A DNA stretch of 63,993 nucleotides, counting the filler, from Porpidia crustulata (taxonomy: Eukaryota): NCBI GenBank assembly GCA_964255105.1. It is 10 parts of 10 records of this genome, joined end to end, with 100 filler letters (N's around TTAATTAATTAA, not from the genome) between each part and the next. Parts side by side here need not be neighbours in the genome. Positions count along the whole stretch, not along the records: positions 25,766 to 32,100 come from CAXUWE010001568.1; positions 32,201 to 38,530 come from CAXUWE010001569.1; positions 38,631 to 44,958 come from CAXUWE010001570.1; 7 more parts are not named here. The stretch is one strand, 5' to 3'. How positions within the stretch are numbered: the stretch's first letter is position 1; each line of letters begins with the position of its first letter. Below the pieces are notes generated by a model, which saw only the letters and a program-made list of their open reading frames with translations, had not been told where the DNA came from and did no database searches. Below, piece after piece: positions 25,766 through 39,484 of this stretch. The translations under genes and the position numbers were made by a program.

Positions 25766-28654
25766 TCTCCAACCTCGCCTGCGCCGTCTCAATGAGTGCG
25801 GACCTACCATCACCACAACATCAGCATCTCAATCCCTCCTAAAACCAGCACGCCCCGCTCCTTACCGGGAACAAAAGATGGGAGAAAAAACAAAAGAGGG
25901 AGGAGGGGGAAGGACAACATACTCGCGTTCCAACAACCCCATGACCTGCGCGATCTTGGCCTTGCGCACGCCAACAGGGACACGCGGGTCGCCGTCGGCG
26001 TTCGGGTCGGTGCGTGCCTCTTTGACGCGGGCGAGGATGTCGGCGAGGAGGGATTTGGCGAGGCGGTAGCGGTGGTAGTGGTGTGGGGCGTCGATGTGGG
26101 TGTCTTGGTTTGCGTTCTCGGCATCGGGTTCCTCGACGTCGTCGTCGTTGTCGGTCTCAGTGTCGGGCGCCGAAAGGGAGGAGTTGAGACTCCGGACCTC
26201 CGCGGCCCAGGCTTGTTCTTTTTCGCTGAGGGCTCGGCGGGCGACTTTGGCGGATTTCCGGCGGGCTTCGTCGTATCTGGCGTGCAGGCGCGATTGCCGT
26301 TGGCGGGCTTGCTCGAGGCGTTCGGTCAACGCTTCGTTGCCCTTTTTGGGTGTGAGGGCCTCGTGGTCGTCGGTGTCTTGGTCGAGGACGTGATCGATTT
26401 TTGTGGCGGTGTCTTTGACTCGCTTGATCTGTTCGCGGAACTCGACTTGTAGACGTTCGCAGCGGCGAAAGAGATCCGCGGCTGCCAGGCCCAGTTGATG
26501 GGTTTCTTGACTGAGGATGCGGTGGGCTTCGGTCATCAGGTCCAGGGTGGCGTGCGAGAGGCGGACTTTATCTTCCATGATTTTTTTATAGCGGCTCGGA
26601 ACGTGTTTGTCCAGGAATGTGCTAAGAGCTGATTCTTCCCAAAATGAAGAAGGGGGTTGGTATGCGGATCTGGTGGGACCAATGGCTAAAAGATCTGTCT
26701 CTTCATCGTACAAGGGCTCTGCATCGTTCAGAGAGGCTGTGAAGAGTTGGTGCATGTCTGGTCTGTCCATGGTCACTGCTTGAGGGTGATCATTCGATGC
26801 GGTTAGGAGGAAGTAGCCTATATCTGGTTCATGTATTACTACACAGGATGTTGTTGCAACGTCCGTATCTGGTAAATGGTCTCCCTTGAATAGAAGTAGT
26901 CGTTCTCGAAGCGTTCCTGGTCCATTCTTGAAGACGTCGATCCGAAATGAGGCGCCAACGCCACTACCTTGAAGCTCTTTCTCCATGGTCTGCAGCCACG
27001 GCTCGAGCGAGAAATAATAAACAGCTCTACTGCTATTGACGAAAAAAGAGTGACGTGAAATTACGTCTAGGCTAAACGTAGGCCGTTCGGTGAAGTGATC
27101 GTCGCCAGCATCTAAGGTCTCCAATGCTTCAAGTATGACCAAATATGGGGTTTCCGAGAGGGACATTACGTGGGAAGGCTAGTACAACAATTCAAGATGA
27201 GCTTATGATGCGTAACAGAGTTCAATTGTGTAGAGCAGGATGAAAATGTAAAGTCTTACCTTTTTGTCCGGTAGCCATTGCCCTTCTACCCCTTCCAGAT
27301 CTAGACATACGTAAACCCTACCACTGCCCGTCATGAGACACACGACAGCTGCCGAAAGACCGGCTTCGTCATCCAGATCAGAGTTGGAGTCTGAGTCTTC
27401 ACCAGCCATAAGCTCCTGAGTATTGAGCTTCGCTGAAATGACATGGATATCGGATAATTCCAATTCTTCCTCTAGATTTCCAGGAAGTAGCTGGAAAGGC
27501 CCCTGTAATGTAGGACTTGGTCCTGGATATTTCGGACGGCCGTAAACTTCTCTTTCGATAGAGAAATCTCCCGGCCCTGGTTGAAGGACCGGAACTTGGC
27601 TGTCTGTATCGGAAATCCACTGGTACTGTCCATCATTCTCTTTGGTATCTTCTGTTATTGGCGAAATATCATCTGCTAAAAGGGCGGTCTTGGATACAAT
27701 GGCTGTCGAGAGCGATGGTAATAAAGTCGGGGAAGGCTGCCATTTAGAGGGTAGGAGAGGGCACAATGCATATACATCGCCTTCCTTCATGGCTATCCAT
27801 AACGTCATCGCGGACCATGCCGATTCTTCATCAGACCCGGTCCCTCCAAAGCAAGCTGATGCCACATCCATGCCAATATCATCGGTGCAGTATCCTCTAT
27901 TCCTTCCAATTCTGTAAGGTGTTATATCAGCTTCTTGTGAAGCCGCCACAGAAAGTTTCTTCAGATCTATAGCAAGCGAAGGGCTATCGAAAGACCATCG
28001 ATTGCTTCTATCAAGCTCCCACAATCGTACAACCGCATCTGCGGTGATTGTTACCAAACAATTTCCAGCCACACCGCAAGGGTGCCAGAGGATACTCGTC
28101 ACTGATGATTGTGACAAAACATGGGTAGTTGGACCAACGGTATAAGTCTTGAGTCGGATGGGCTCCATATTTGCCTGATCAAGGTGACAAGAATCGGGAA
28201 GAACTGCGATATGAACTGTATGAGATGTTGCTATAGCGAGAAGGTGCCCATTTGGTGAGATTTTAAGCTGTCTTATCTGCTCATATACTGGAACTTTGAG
28301 GATCCTATAGCTGCCTTGAATCAAGGAATCTTGCTCCACACTGGGTGCCTCATTGTTTGTTCCATTTTCCGCTGGATGTGCCTCGCTCTGCTCCTCCCAG
28401 GCCTCTTTCAGCATGCACAGGTCAGACCACCGGATCTCATTGTCTACAATCACAAAGATCTCCGTACATCTAGTCGCTATGCTCTTTCTCAATCCATCGT
28501 ATCTCGCTCCATTGACGCTCCCACCATCCTGTAGTTTTGGGCCATGCCCATTTACATCTGCTGACCTTCGTTTCCCACTCGATTTACCGAATAGCTGGAA
28601 ACCTGGTGAAGGTCGGGATAACCAAGGAGGGGTATGGCTTATGATTTTTGGCAT
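25766..28654 (-). CDS. NUP82: Nucleoporin Nup82 (beta-propeller plus coiled coil), 3' end truncated
   Basis: MPKIISHTPPWLSRPSPG, WHPCGVAGNCLVTITADAVVRLWE, GDVYALCPLLP, AADLFRRCERLQ. Introns ~27179-27259 and ~25804-25923. Confidence 0.88.
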
Positions 28655-28882
28655 TGTAGAGCTCTTAGTCCATGATGCCTTGGAAATGACGGTCTGGTTG
28701 TTAGTATTAAAAAATGTAAGTAAATGGGCAATAAGTTAAATGTAGCAAACACGCGTAGAAAGTGTGAGAGGCGCGCCGAGGTGACCCTACCGGCAACTCT
28801 AAGCGAGGGGTAGCTCGCAGCTTAAGAAGGTACGTCTCTCTCCGCAACAATCTCCACGCCTCACAAAGCTATATCTTCGATT

Positions 28883-29684
28883 ATGCCAGTAGCCATACGG
28901 AACACGGTTGATAGACTGGACACACCCAGTGCTTATTATCTAGGTAGAGTAGGTTTTTACATACCAATTCTCGTATTCAACGCTTCTACGCACACTGATC
29001 AGGAACGGAATCAACAGAATAAGAATCGAAAATATGGTAACAATCGAGATGACGAAGATGAGCGCGAGAGAACCCCAGAAGAACCAGAGGATCCTCTGAA
29101 AGATGCTACAACACTTTACGTTGGCAATCTGTCAGTCAAGTCAAGTTCAGTTAGCTGGCCTCTGAACCCCTTGGCTAATGTACAACAGGTCGTTTTACAC
29201 AACAGAGGAACAGATACACGAGCTTTTTGCAAAGTATGCTTTCACTTCTTTGGCTACAGAAATATGCTCACGGACCAATCTAGATGTGGTGAGATTAAAA
29301 GGCTTGTCATGGGCCTGAACCGAAACGACAAGACCCCTTGCGGCTTTTGCTTTGTGGAATACTACACCCATCAGGATGCCTTGGATTGTATGAAATATAT
29401 CGGCGGGACAAAACTAGACGAGCGAATTATACGGACGGACCTGGATCCTGGCTTTCAAGAGGGCCGACAGTATGGGTACGTTTGTCCCCCTATGGCTTCA
29501 TGCCTAAAAGTTGTGGAGCATTTTGACTGATCTTTCTCTCTGCAGGCGTGGGAAATCTGGTGGCCAAGTTCGTGATGAATATCGAGAAGAATATGACATT
29601 GGACGTGGCGGCGCTGGTGCTGCGCAACGTCGGATGGAGAAAGAAAGGAAAAAGGAGGAGGACGAATATGGCCAGGGAAGATAG
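28883..29684 (+). CDS. CBC2: Nuclear cap-binding protein subunit 2 (CBP20), 5 exons
   Basis: [20 protein letters not shown]...[12 protein letters not shown]...[31 protein letters not shown]. Confidence 0.96.
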
Positions 29685-29841
29685 GAGACTAGATATCTCC
29701 AGTATCCTTTCAGTCATCAGCAAGCGTTTGGAGAAACGATGCGTGCACGGCAACATAGATGTTATGCTGTAGCCCTCGCGCCAGATTGTTCAGCTTTTTA
29801 AAACCAAGAAGCTCGCCGACACTGGAGGACAGAGATGGCTG

Positions 29842-30719
29842 TCAAGGCGTTTTCTTCTGATCTCTATATCTGGCAGCCTGTTTCACCTGATCCAACCACC
29901 AAATGTGGATTCTTGCATCTTCAGTCAACTCAGGATGGAAGCTCGTGCCGAAGACATTGCCCTGTCGGACGGCGATGATGTCTCCTACCTCATCCTCGAG
30001 ATCGGCCAAAGCCACTTTGTTCACTAACATCTGACTCCTTCCTGGCAATCTTGCCATTATCTCGATTGACCGATCGGTGTGTGAGCCGTCCTGTGCCGGT
30101 GCAATTACTGCGTCATCACGTGTACTCTCCTCTACTTGTTCTCCTTGCACTGGTGGCAGAAGTCCTTCCACGACAGGCGCTCTAATGAAGACTCCGTTGA
30201 AAGGCTTCGCTCGAACAGCCTCATCATCCGCGGCTAAAAACGGAAGGTCCAGCTCCGCCTCGAAGCTTTCAGTCTGCCGTCCGAAATGGTTCCTATGAAC
30301 CCTCACGTCCAAACCGCCGATAAGATCTTGCCCTCCTTTTTTGGTTCGGTTGGCGGACTCGGCGAGTAATATGAGCCCTGCACAGGTGCCCCAAGTCGGC
30401 TTCCGATCCAATCTAGAGCCATTGGATTAGTTCTACAGGACAAATAGCGATCCGAGACATTCGACACTTACTTCACAAAACGTCGCAGAGGGTCTAGGAG
30501 ATTGGAGCGGGCTGCAACTAGGGAGACCGCAGTACTCTCGCCTCCTGGAATTATTAGGGCATCGCATTGTTTTAGCTCGTCTGGCGTGCGGACTTCGGCG
30601 AAATTCCATGAGCAGTTTTCTTGTAGTCGTACATGTCCAGAGGCTTGTCGCAGTGAATTGATATGCTCAATAAATGCACCTTGTAGAGCGAGCACTCCTA
30701 CCGTGATGTGGGTGGTCAT
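29842..30719 (-). CDS. PDX2: Pyridoxal 5'-phosphate synthase glutaminase subunit, 2 exons
   Basis: VGVLALQGAFIEH, IIPGGEST, WGTCAGLILLA, FIRAP, TSFHPELT (Cys-His-Glu triad). Confidence 0.96.
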
Positions 30720-30922
30720 TTGTTGTCTTTCACGTCCCACCGGGATGAGACAGCAAATAAATCTTTGTCCGCAACAGCGTCATGCCGCACGAAGGATTGC
30801 CGAGCACCCTTTCCGCTCTCACTCCGCACTCTCACGACTCTATCCGTAAAGCTGTGACTGTCCGCAAATGATAGCCCTCTCAATGTCGTTTCGAGCTCGA
30901 AGGAGCATCAATGCTATAGAGT

Positions 30923-32100
30923 ATGACTTCAAAGAGAGGATTGAAAAACATTCTTCGGAAGGATCCCAATGATGTCGTTTTCCTCTCCGCCCTTCGAACT
31001 CCAGTAACACGAGCTTACAAAGGTGGCCTACGGAATGCCTACCCAGAGCAGATGCTCGCAGCTGTGCGCCAAAAAGCTTGATCTTTAGTTCCGCGTGCTA
31101 AAGCCTTCACCCAGGTCCTAAAAGCAACGCTTTCCAGGAATCCCAAACTCGACCCGGCAAGTGTCCAAGATGTTGCTGTTGGCACCGTCCTCTCGGAGCT
31201 TGGGGGCTCAAAAGCTGCACGCATGGCACTGAACCATGTGGGCTACCCCAGCAGTACGTCGCTATACACTGTCAACCGCGCTTGCTCGTCGAGCCTACAA
31301 GCCATCACGACCATTGCAGATGCCATTGCCATGGGAAGAATAGATGTGGGCATTGGCGCAGGTATGGAAAGCATGACGCGAAATTACGAGTCCAAAGCCG
31401 TGCCCACGGTACTCTGGCCTCAGCTGAAGAATTCGCCCTTCAAAGATGCGAGGGATTGTATTCTGGCGATGGGCTTGACGAGCGAGAACGTAGCCGAGCG
31501 TTATAGAGTCTCACGCGAAGACCAAGATGCTTTCGCAGCAGCAAGCCATCTCAAGGCGTCAAGGGCGCAAAGCGAGGGGCTCTTCGACAGCGAAATCGTT
31601 CCCATACGCGTAGAAACCCCGGTCAAGGAACCAGCCGTTGACGACTCAAAGTCGCAAACCGAGACCGTCGAGATCTCCAAAGACGACGGAATACGCCACA
31701 ACGCTTCCGTAGAAAAGATGGCCACTCTAAAACCCGTCTTCAAACCCTCCGGCGCCTCCACCGCCGGCAACTCCTCCCAAGTCTCCGACGGCGCCGCAGC
31801 CGCTCTAATGATGCGCCGCAGCACCGCCCAAACCCTCGGTCTCCGCGATAGCATCCTCGGTAAATGGATCTCCTCCCAAACCCCCCGCGTCGCGCCCGAC
31901 GAAATGGGCATTGGCCCCACCGTCGCGATCCCCAAACTCCTCAACTCCCTCGGGCTCCAAACAAGCGACGTCGGGATCTGGGAAATCAACGAGGCGTTCG
32001 CCAGCCAGGCGCTTTATTGCGTGCGGAAACTGGGGTTGGATATCGAGAGGGTGAACCCGAAGGGCGGGGCGATTGCGCTGGGGCATCCGTTGGGGGCGAC
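30923..32100 (+). CDS. 3-ketoacyl-CoA thiolase (peroxisomal type), 3' truncated
   Basis: TVNRACSSSLQA, TAGNSSQVSDGAAA, WEINEAFASQ, GGAIALGHPLGAT. Intron ~31064-31114. Confidence 0.93.
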
Positions 32101-32648
32101 NNNNNNNNNNNNNNNNNNNNNNNNNNNNNNNNNNNNNNNNNNNNTTAATTAATTAANNNNNNNNNNNNNNNNNNNNNNNNNNNNNNNNNNNNNNNNNNNN
32201 TATCAAACCTTTTCTGGTTTGAAAAATTTCGAAGAGAGGAGAAAAGAATCAGAGCGGATAGAAATGAAAACCGATAGAATGAGAACAAGATGGGAAAAAA
32301 TTGGAAAAAAAAGATGAGAGGGAAACCCGGAATAAAAGGAATGTAAAGAAAAGAAAAAGAATTGCGCATGCATTGTTGAAGTTCCGTTGCGTGTGTGGAT
32401 TGAATTTGGATGTGAAAGGGAAAAACGCAATGAGGGTTATTTTTCCCTAGGAAGACTATGAAGACGACGGAGAAACTGCTCGGGGGAAGGGCTAGGGTAG
32501 TGGGATATGTGCTGTTCACAATATACGGTAGTTTTACGAATAGACGCCATACTCCGCATCAAATGCTCTTGAGGACCATTCGCAAACGCCCCGGTCCCCT
32601 CTAGTCTTGATCCCGAGCTCCGAGACTCGACCGTTCTATTCTGCCGTC

Positions 32649-35097
32649 TCAGGTCAAGAACCCGCGTCCGGCGTTCCTCCCTCTCTGCCCACTGACCGCA
32701 TCTAGCTTCACCGCCACCATCACAACCTCCATCCTGCCTTCCTCCAGCGCCCCCGTGCCAATCCTCCCGGGGCCCACTTTTTCCTGTATCCTCAAACGCC
32801 ACTGCCCCTTGTTGACGATCCACTCCCCGAATTCATCGAGGGTTCCTAGGCGCTTGCGTTTGCGGGGAGGGGGTTGGGAGGCGCTTGATTGTGTTCGCAG
32901 ATTCTGTACGGGCCGAGCGGATGGGGGGACGGAGAGGCGGTCGTTGGATGGGGCGGAGGCGGAAGTTGGGGTATCTGTGGCGTCGTCGAGGAGGTCCGTG
33001 GTGTAATCGTCGCCGTCGAGGATGAGGTGGGAGTCGCGGTCGATGCGAATTTTGACCCTTTCTTCGCTTAGTGGGGTGTTACCCGGACTAACGGGCTGCG
33101 CTGCAACACCGCCAGATGACATCATGAGGCCTAGGGGTTGATTCGTAGGAAGGTTCATTTTGTTCGCGACGACCTGGAAGAGACTTGCGATGCGCGCTTT
33201 GACGTCGCCGAAGAATTCTGCACGCATGCTGCGCAGATTAATTTTCGTGCACTCGCCGCCGACTTCGACTATAAGTTCGTAGCTTGTCTCGTCGACAAAA
33301 GGCCTAGAGTAGTTGACCCAACCACCGAGGGGAGAACGATCGGAAGGGGAGGCGTCACCGACAAAGGAGATGCCGGATTGTTTGAGGTCTTCGATGCGGA
33401 TAATGATCTCGGATACTTGTCGTTCCGCGTTGTAAGTAATGTTGTGGAAGATGAGCTTTTGCTCGAGGCCGCGGAAATGATAATAGCGGGTGTCCCGGAT
33501 GAGTTCTGCTCGGTGCTGCTTGTCTCGGATGCGCAAGGGGTAGCCGCGCAATACGTGTAACAAGTCTGCAAAGACCTCGGCGGAGTGGTCGGGAACGTTT
33601 GCCGGCTTGATCGAAGGAGGCCGTATCAGGCCATTGGTATCCAGGCCAGGGAATATCTCGTCAGTGCTGGTGAAGAGAGTGGCAAAGTCCAAAGAGAAGT
33701 AATTAGGCTTATCACCTGGACCCGTGAACAGATCTCGTGAAATTTGAAAATCTCGACCACCGATATTGATGAATATTTCCGACTCAAAAAGTTGGGAGAT
33801 TAGACGTGGCACTGAGATCATTAGCATGAGTATCATCCATGCACAGCGATACTTGCATGAATAGAATTGGGCGTCTGCGAATAATCTGACGTAGTGGAAG
33901 CCGTCTAGCGGTTTTACGTAGTAGCCTGGCTCGAATTAGAGACTTGTGCCACAACATCAATTTCTGGTACTACCTTGAAGATGTCTGCAAATATCATGAA
34001 AGGTTGCCGGATCACGGTCTATGTACAATGTCCTCACGCCCCCCGTGCCATCTTCATTCTGTCGAAGCTGTTCCTCAAAGAATCGGGAAAAATATGAGGG
34101 TGCTCTAGGACTCTCAGCATAAGTTATTTCTCCATCATTTTGCGAATATGTACTGACCATCTGACATGATGGATGCCCCAGATAATCTGAACAATTCCGA
34201 GCCAATTTGTATTGGGAACCCTTTCCCGGGTGGAAGCGCGAATTGACTGGCGTCGTCGCCTTGCCCATTTCTCAGAACACCCGGTGTTCTACCAGCGCCT
34301 CTATTCTCTTGTGTCCGTGTATTATCATTATCTCTCGTCTCAGGCTTTCGAAAGTCAATCTCCACACGGGAGAGTCCCGAGGTACTCGACACCAAAGATC
34401 CTCCTCGCGTGTACTGTCCCCTCCGAGCCTCGTCATCAAGGTCGAGCGTACGGCCTCCACTGTGCGTCTTTTTCATGCTGTTCGATATAGCTACGCTATG
34501 AGGTTTCTTTGGATTTGGTGTCATCCGACCATTTGTAGATGGATAGGTAGATCTAGAGCTCATTACGGCCGCCCTTGAGTGCGTTTTTCCAAGTTTATTT
34601 GCATTGTGACTGCTAGAAACAGAGGTAGTGGCAGATATATGCGTAGACGATTGGCTCGATTTCGACGCGGCGGAATCCGCAGGGGAGAGCTGAGAAGTCA
34701 AGACCGTGCGCTCCGGCCTGGCTATTTCTTGGCCTGCCGGCAGGCTGGTCGCATCACCTCCAGCATTAGCAAGGGAGATATTTGGTTCAGTAAAGTTGAA
34801 GAAGCTCCTCCAGTCCCCGCCTACGTTCGGTGGCAGGGCGGTGGGAGAAGACTGCGTCTGTTCTGAGTATAGTGGCCACGGTGACGGTGGTACTCTGTGA
34901 AAGTCGAAGTTGACCTCTTGGTTGGCGCCGGTGACCCTGCGGGCCGTGCCGTTGTGATTGGCGTCAGTCACGTTTGCCTTCTGGATCTGATCTTCAACAT
35001 TCGAGTCAAATGTGAAGTCGAAGTGATCGGGTCGTAGGAGGTTACTTTCAACGTCCCACGACGTTATTCCGCTGTCATTCTGAATATTTGGCGGCAT
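32649..35097 (-). CDS. Double BTB/KCTD-type protein (YLR108C-like)
   Basis: FPIQIGSELFRLSGASIMSD|APSYFS, TLYIDRDPATF, AQFYSLPRLISQLF, INIGGRDFQI. Contains one GC-AG intron. Confidence 0.85.
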
Positions 35098-36790
35098 CTG
35101 CCGTGCCCCCTTTGTGCAATGACAAGCCTTTTGTTTTCATACCAACTTTCCGTTGGAGATGCCACTTCACAGCTACACAAGCCTACCAATTGATGGAGTG
35201 TTGTTGCCAATTTTGCCTCCTCTGACGTTAGCTTACCTTCTGGAGGTAGTGCTGACTGTGTTGGTCAGCGAGTTGGACTGGGTGACCTATTAGAGAATTG
35301 AACTGGCAAACTACCTACAACATCCGGCTCGAGACACTCCGTTAGTCACGCCTCAAGATTCTTTCAAGGTTTGTTGGAAACAACTTGAAGGAGTGCTTTA
35401 CAGAAAGTTGATATAATGTGGATGGTATTAATCCTTAGCATCTTGAATGAGGTGTCATGGGGAGGTAGCAGCCGCCAGACACCCGATACTCTCCGGCCTT
35501 ATTGTTGACAAAATGCCCGAACACTGTACCAGAAGTTGGAAACCCGAGCCTGGGCTTAAATAATAAGATATACCACGTCAGACCGGGAGGATCTATAGCA
35601 TATTGAATCCATCGCTCTCCATCTCGCCCTTGCTGAATTTCGAAGCTTCAAGGACATTTACTGGATGGTAGCATTGCTTCAAACAGTAAGTAATTGCTAT
35701 AAACAATGGTGCGCGGATACTGAGAATGCTACTACGATTTACGACCAACGAACCTTTCCTGCATTTAATGTCGTTATCTAGACTTCATCTTACGTAGAGT
35801 TTGTGCTCCCAAACGATGCCATTTCCATGTTTCGGCCATAGCTTACCACAACACCAGCTTACAGGTTCATGGATGTTGATCTTGGAGCGTTACTACAATC
35901 GCTTCTTCTCCAGTTGAGCCTGCAAGCGCAGTGGAATAACACTCTCATTTTCCTTGCTGCATATTGTGAGTTGCAAGATAGGAATCGGAGAGATGTCTAT
36001 TTTCTAGTGTCACTCTACTAAAGCGAGCGGATGAAGCGGAGACGAAAACTTATGACTCGCAGCTTTATCATCACGTTTCTGGAAACAAGCACCAAGGACG
36101 GATGCCTGCAACAAGGTAACATCGGCTCCTTAGGCAGGAAACAATGGTCCGTAGAGAATGAGCAATGAATTCTGAGGCGCACAAGCTTGAAGGAAGTCCA
36201 GAGAAAGACAAAAATGCCAGCTAATATTAACAGCTATTAGGTGGAATCCGAAGGAGCTCCAGATAGATAAAGCTATCGGTCCGATAGCGAAAATAAGGAG
36301 CACTTCTAGGCTGATCGTGATAATAAGTATGAGTGAGTGGGGTAAAAGAGCCAAGGCACAAATCTCACAAGATTGAAAACGGATACTGGGCATGACTCGA
36401 ACGATCGAGCCGCAAGTCATGCGAGGCGGAAGCCGCATCTTGTACTCGCCAAGGTAGACAAGGAAGCCCGTTTTCGTGGCTCAGCTACTTCGTTACCCTT
36501 TCTCTGTCGCCCTATCTAGACATCGACTACTTCTTCCAAGACGTGTTGAACTCCGACAGTGTACTTGAGATCAAGATTGCACAAGGAACTTCCGCTGACT
36601 GAGAAGCAAACCACTGCACGATGTGGACAATATCAGTACCAATAGTAAGCGAGTTGATTTGTACTGCTTGAGTGGCAAAAAAAGTCAGGGGAACAATTTG
36701 GATAATGCCTGCGAGGGAAAGGAATTGGCAGCTGGGCTTTTTAAGGGCCATTTTTGTAAGGATTCGACTGAGGTCTCCAGAAGAGCTGCC

Positions 36791-37900
36791 CTACAGATTT
36801 GGGTCATAAGATCCTTCGACCTCGATGATCTTTTGAACTGCCTTTTTGTACGCTTCTCTCGATTCGATTCTTTCCACATAAGCCCAAAGCTTCGGATGTT
36901 TTTCTTTGGAGAATCCAGCTCGCCCCTTGGCAGCCCCGAGTGGGAAGCTCATCATGATGTCGGCTCCTGTCAGCTCGCTGCCACAGAGGTACTGTCCACT
37001 ATTCGGCGAGCTTGCGATCTGGCTCTCGAGAAATTCAAAATGAGCCTTGAAATTCGGTTCGAGGAACATGGAGGTGACATTATTGGCGATGGCATTGGTG
37101 ATTGGTTTTACGAAAAAAGGCGAGTTGGTCTTGATGCCTGGGAGAAAGATTCAGCGCTAGCCATGAATATCGGTGCTCTAGGGCTTACTGGTCATGAGTA
37201 GTGCGACCACAAGATATGGCATTATGCTCCCTTCACTATAGTGCATGTAGTACCGATATCGAATCCACTCCTCGGTCTCTCCACCAACCTGTCCTTCCTT
37301 TCCCTCCTGATACTTCTTGGGAAGTAGCTGGGGCCCGAAGTGATCTACAAGATACTCAACGATCAAGCCCGATTCCGCCAGGACTAAAGGTTTGGACATT
37401 CCCTCGGACTCGACGGAGATTACTGGCGACTTCCCAAGTGGGTGGATCTTCTTTAGCTCTGCAGGCGCTAGCATGTTCTTTCTCTTATACGTTTTCAGCT
37501 CATATTCCACTTTGAGCTCTTCCAAAAGCCATAAAATACGCTGTGAGCGAGATTTATCCAGCCTGTGGTATTTTAGAATCTTCTATCGTACAACTCATAT
37601 TCGAGGCAAACTGAGAAATTCGCCTTCGACAACCAAATAAGAGAAAAAGTTACAATCAAGAATACAGCCTGATGAGAAAAGACTGCATTCAAAACCGAGA
37701 GTCATAGATGAGGCCCTGGAAATCAGCTGCCATTTCGGCATAGCCTTTCTTTCAGGCGAGAAATAATAGCATCTCAATTTCGGCAACGTCACGTACAGCA
37801 TGAGATAGCATTGAAAGCCTTGAATGTGTACTTACCAGTATAGTATGACCTTTGTCTTTTGTTCCGCCGTCTTGGGAGCTTGCTGGGATGTTTGAGCCAT
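36791..37900 (-). CDS. Glutathione S-transferase (Gtt1-like), 3 exons
   Basis: ILYW|LDKSRSQRILWLLEEL, IHPLGKSPVI, LAESGLIVEYL, LTGADIMMSFPL. First intron ~273 nt. Confidence 0.93.
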
Positions 37901-38184
37901 GGTAAAAGCAAGAAACAGTAGATTCTGAGCACCACGATGTGCCGTCCAAAATTCTTCCCAAACCCGTTCCCTGGGCTCTATATTTGTATCTTCTCTTTCT
38001 TCGGGCTGACAACCTCGGCATCCCCTTAGCGTCTGCCGCTCCGATCTGACCAATCGGATGATGCTTATATAAGCGGAATAGTTTCCATATGTGAACGCCA
38101 AGCATCATCAACATTATATCCTCAATCTCACCTCTCCAATTGCGCCCGTATTACTCAATCGCCATGCGCACCACCGCCGTCAGG

Positions 38185-38496
38185 ATGACGTCCGATCACC
38201 CATGTACGCAACCTCTTCCCAATCAATTGCCTCTCCAAAGATATCCGCTGACCCCCAAGCAGCCGCTGCGACTATGGACCCGGCGTACACCGCGTACACC
38301 AGTAGGTCCACCCTTTCATTACGAATCTCTCTCCTTATTCGTCCCCTCGCTCTATAGTAAGGTTCGCTGACATGCCGCAGACATGATGAAAAATCGTCAC
38401 AAATACTTCCGCTGGACCCCGCGAACCGCAGGGCTGACGTTCGCGTACGTGGTGGCTGTGCCGGCTGTGTTTGGGTATATAGGATTCATGACTGAT
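38185..38496 (+). CDS. NDUFB4: Complex I subunit NDUFB4 (B15), 3' truncated
   Basis: Spliced MTSDHPSAATMDPAYTAYTNMMKNRHKYFRWTPRTA plus a TM helix, then a GTGAGT donor. Confidence 0.85.
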
Positions 38497-38630
38497 GTGA
38501 GTTCTTCCGGTTTCTGTAATATTTGGGGGGNNNNNNNNNNNNNNNNNNNNNNNNNNNNNNNNNNNNNNNNNNNNTTAATTAATTAANNNNNNNNNNNNNN
38601 NNNNNNNNNNNNNNNNNNNNNNNNNNNNNN

Positions 38631-39130
38631 CCCTCACCCTCTCCGACGTCCGCCCCGCCCTCTTCTTCCTCTACCTCCTCCAATCCGCCTTCTTCTCCAC
38701 CGGCAACATCGCCTCCGTCTCCTCCTTCTCCCTCGACAGCGTCTACCGCCTCATCCCCATCTTCAACCCCTTCTCCCAAGGCGCCCTCCTCCTCCTCAAG
38801 CTCCTCGTCCCCTTCGCCGTCATCAGCGCCAACCTCGGCGTCCTGAACCGCCGCCTCGGCGTCGCCCCCAGCAGCCTCTTCATGGTCGTCATGGCCATCA
38901 GCGACGTGCTGACCATGAATTTCTTCTGGATGGTCAGGGATGAGGGCAGCTGGTTGGATATCGGCACCAGCATCAGTCATTTTGTGATTGCGAGTTTGCT
39001 GTGCGTGTTCGTGGCTGGATTGGAGTTTTTAAGCGAGGTTTTTGTGAGCGGGGTCGAGGTCGGGGATGGGGAGGTGAGGGTGGATGGAGGGGCGAAAATG
39101 GCTCAGGGGAACGGAAGGGTTGATGCATGA
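38631..39130 (+). CDS. MCD4: GPI ethanolamine-phosphate transferase 1, C-terminal part (5' truncated)
   Basis: AFFSTGNIASVSSFSLDSVYRLIPIFNPF...VRDEGSWLDIGTSISHF. Confidence 0.93.
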
Positions 39131-39484
39131 GGAAAAAGGGTGATTTAAGTATGGTAAGATTGGATGGTGGGATTGTACTGCGGTGTTTATACAAATTCAA
39201 AGTCGACATCAACGATCCAAGCCAACCAATATCGGATCATGTAAAATCTTCCATAGTATAGCGGCACTTCTGGTATCCTAGAAACATGGATATAGCAAGA
39301 GAGCTCAAAGATGACTGCACAATAACGCTACCAAGAGAACAACGCCATCGGGTATCAACGAATACGTGAACCTGCACAGTGACGCTCAAATAATCCTCCC
39401 AGCCTGTTATCGACGATATGGAGCAGTCGTTATCCTCATAGCATCATGTTGTCCCTCCCTTGACTGCAGTCGTACAGCATAGTG

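Noticed and set aside
32201..32440. Purine-rich GAAAA-type tract (similar skewed tracts at 44630-44958 and 57590-57808)
   Set aside because: Low-complexity UTR or intergenic DNA at contig ends, with no unit structure.
37563..37835. Long GST first intron as a snoRNA host
   Set aside because: No convincing C/D or H/ACA box arrangement by eye; an Infernal/Rfam search would be needed.
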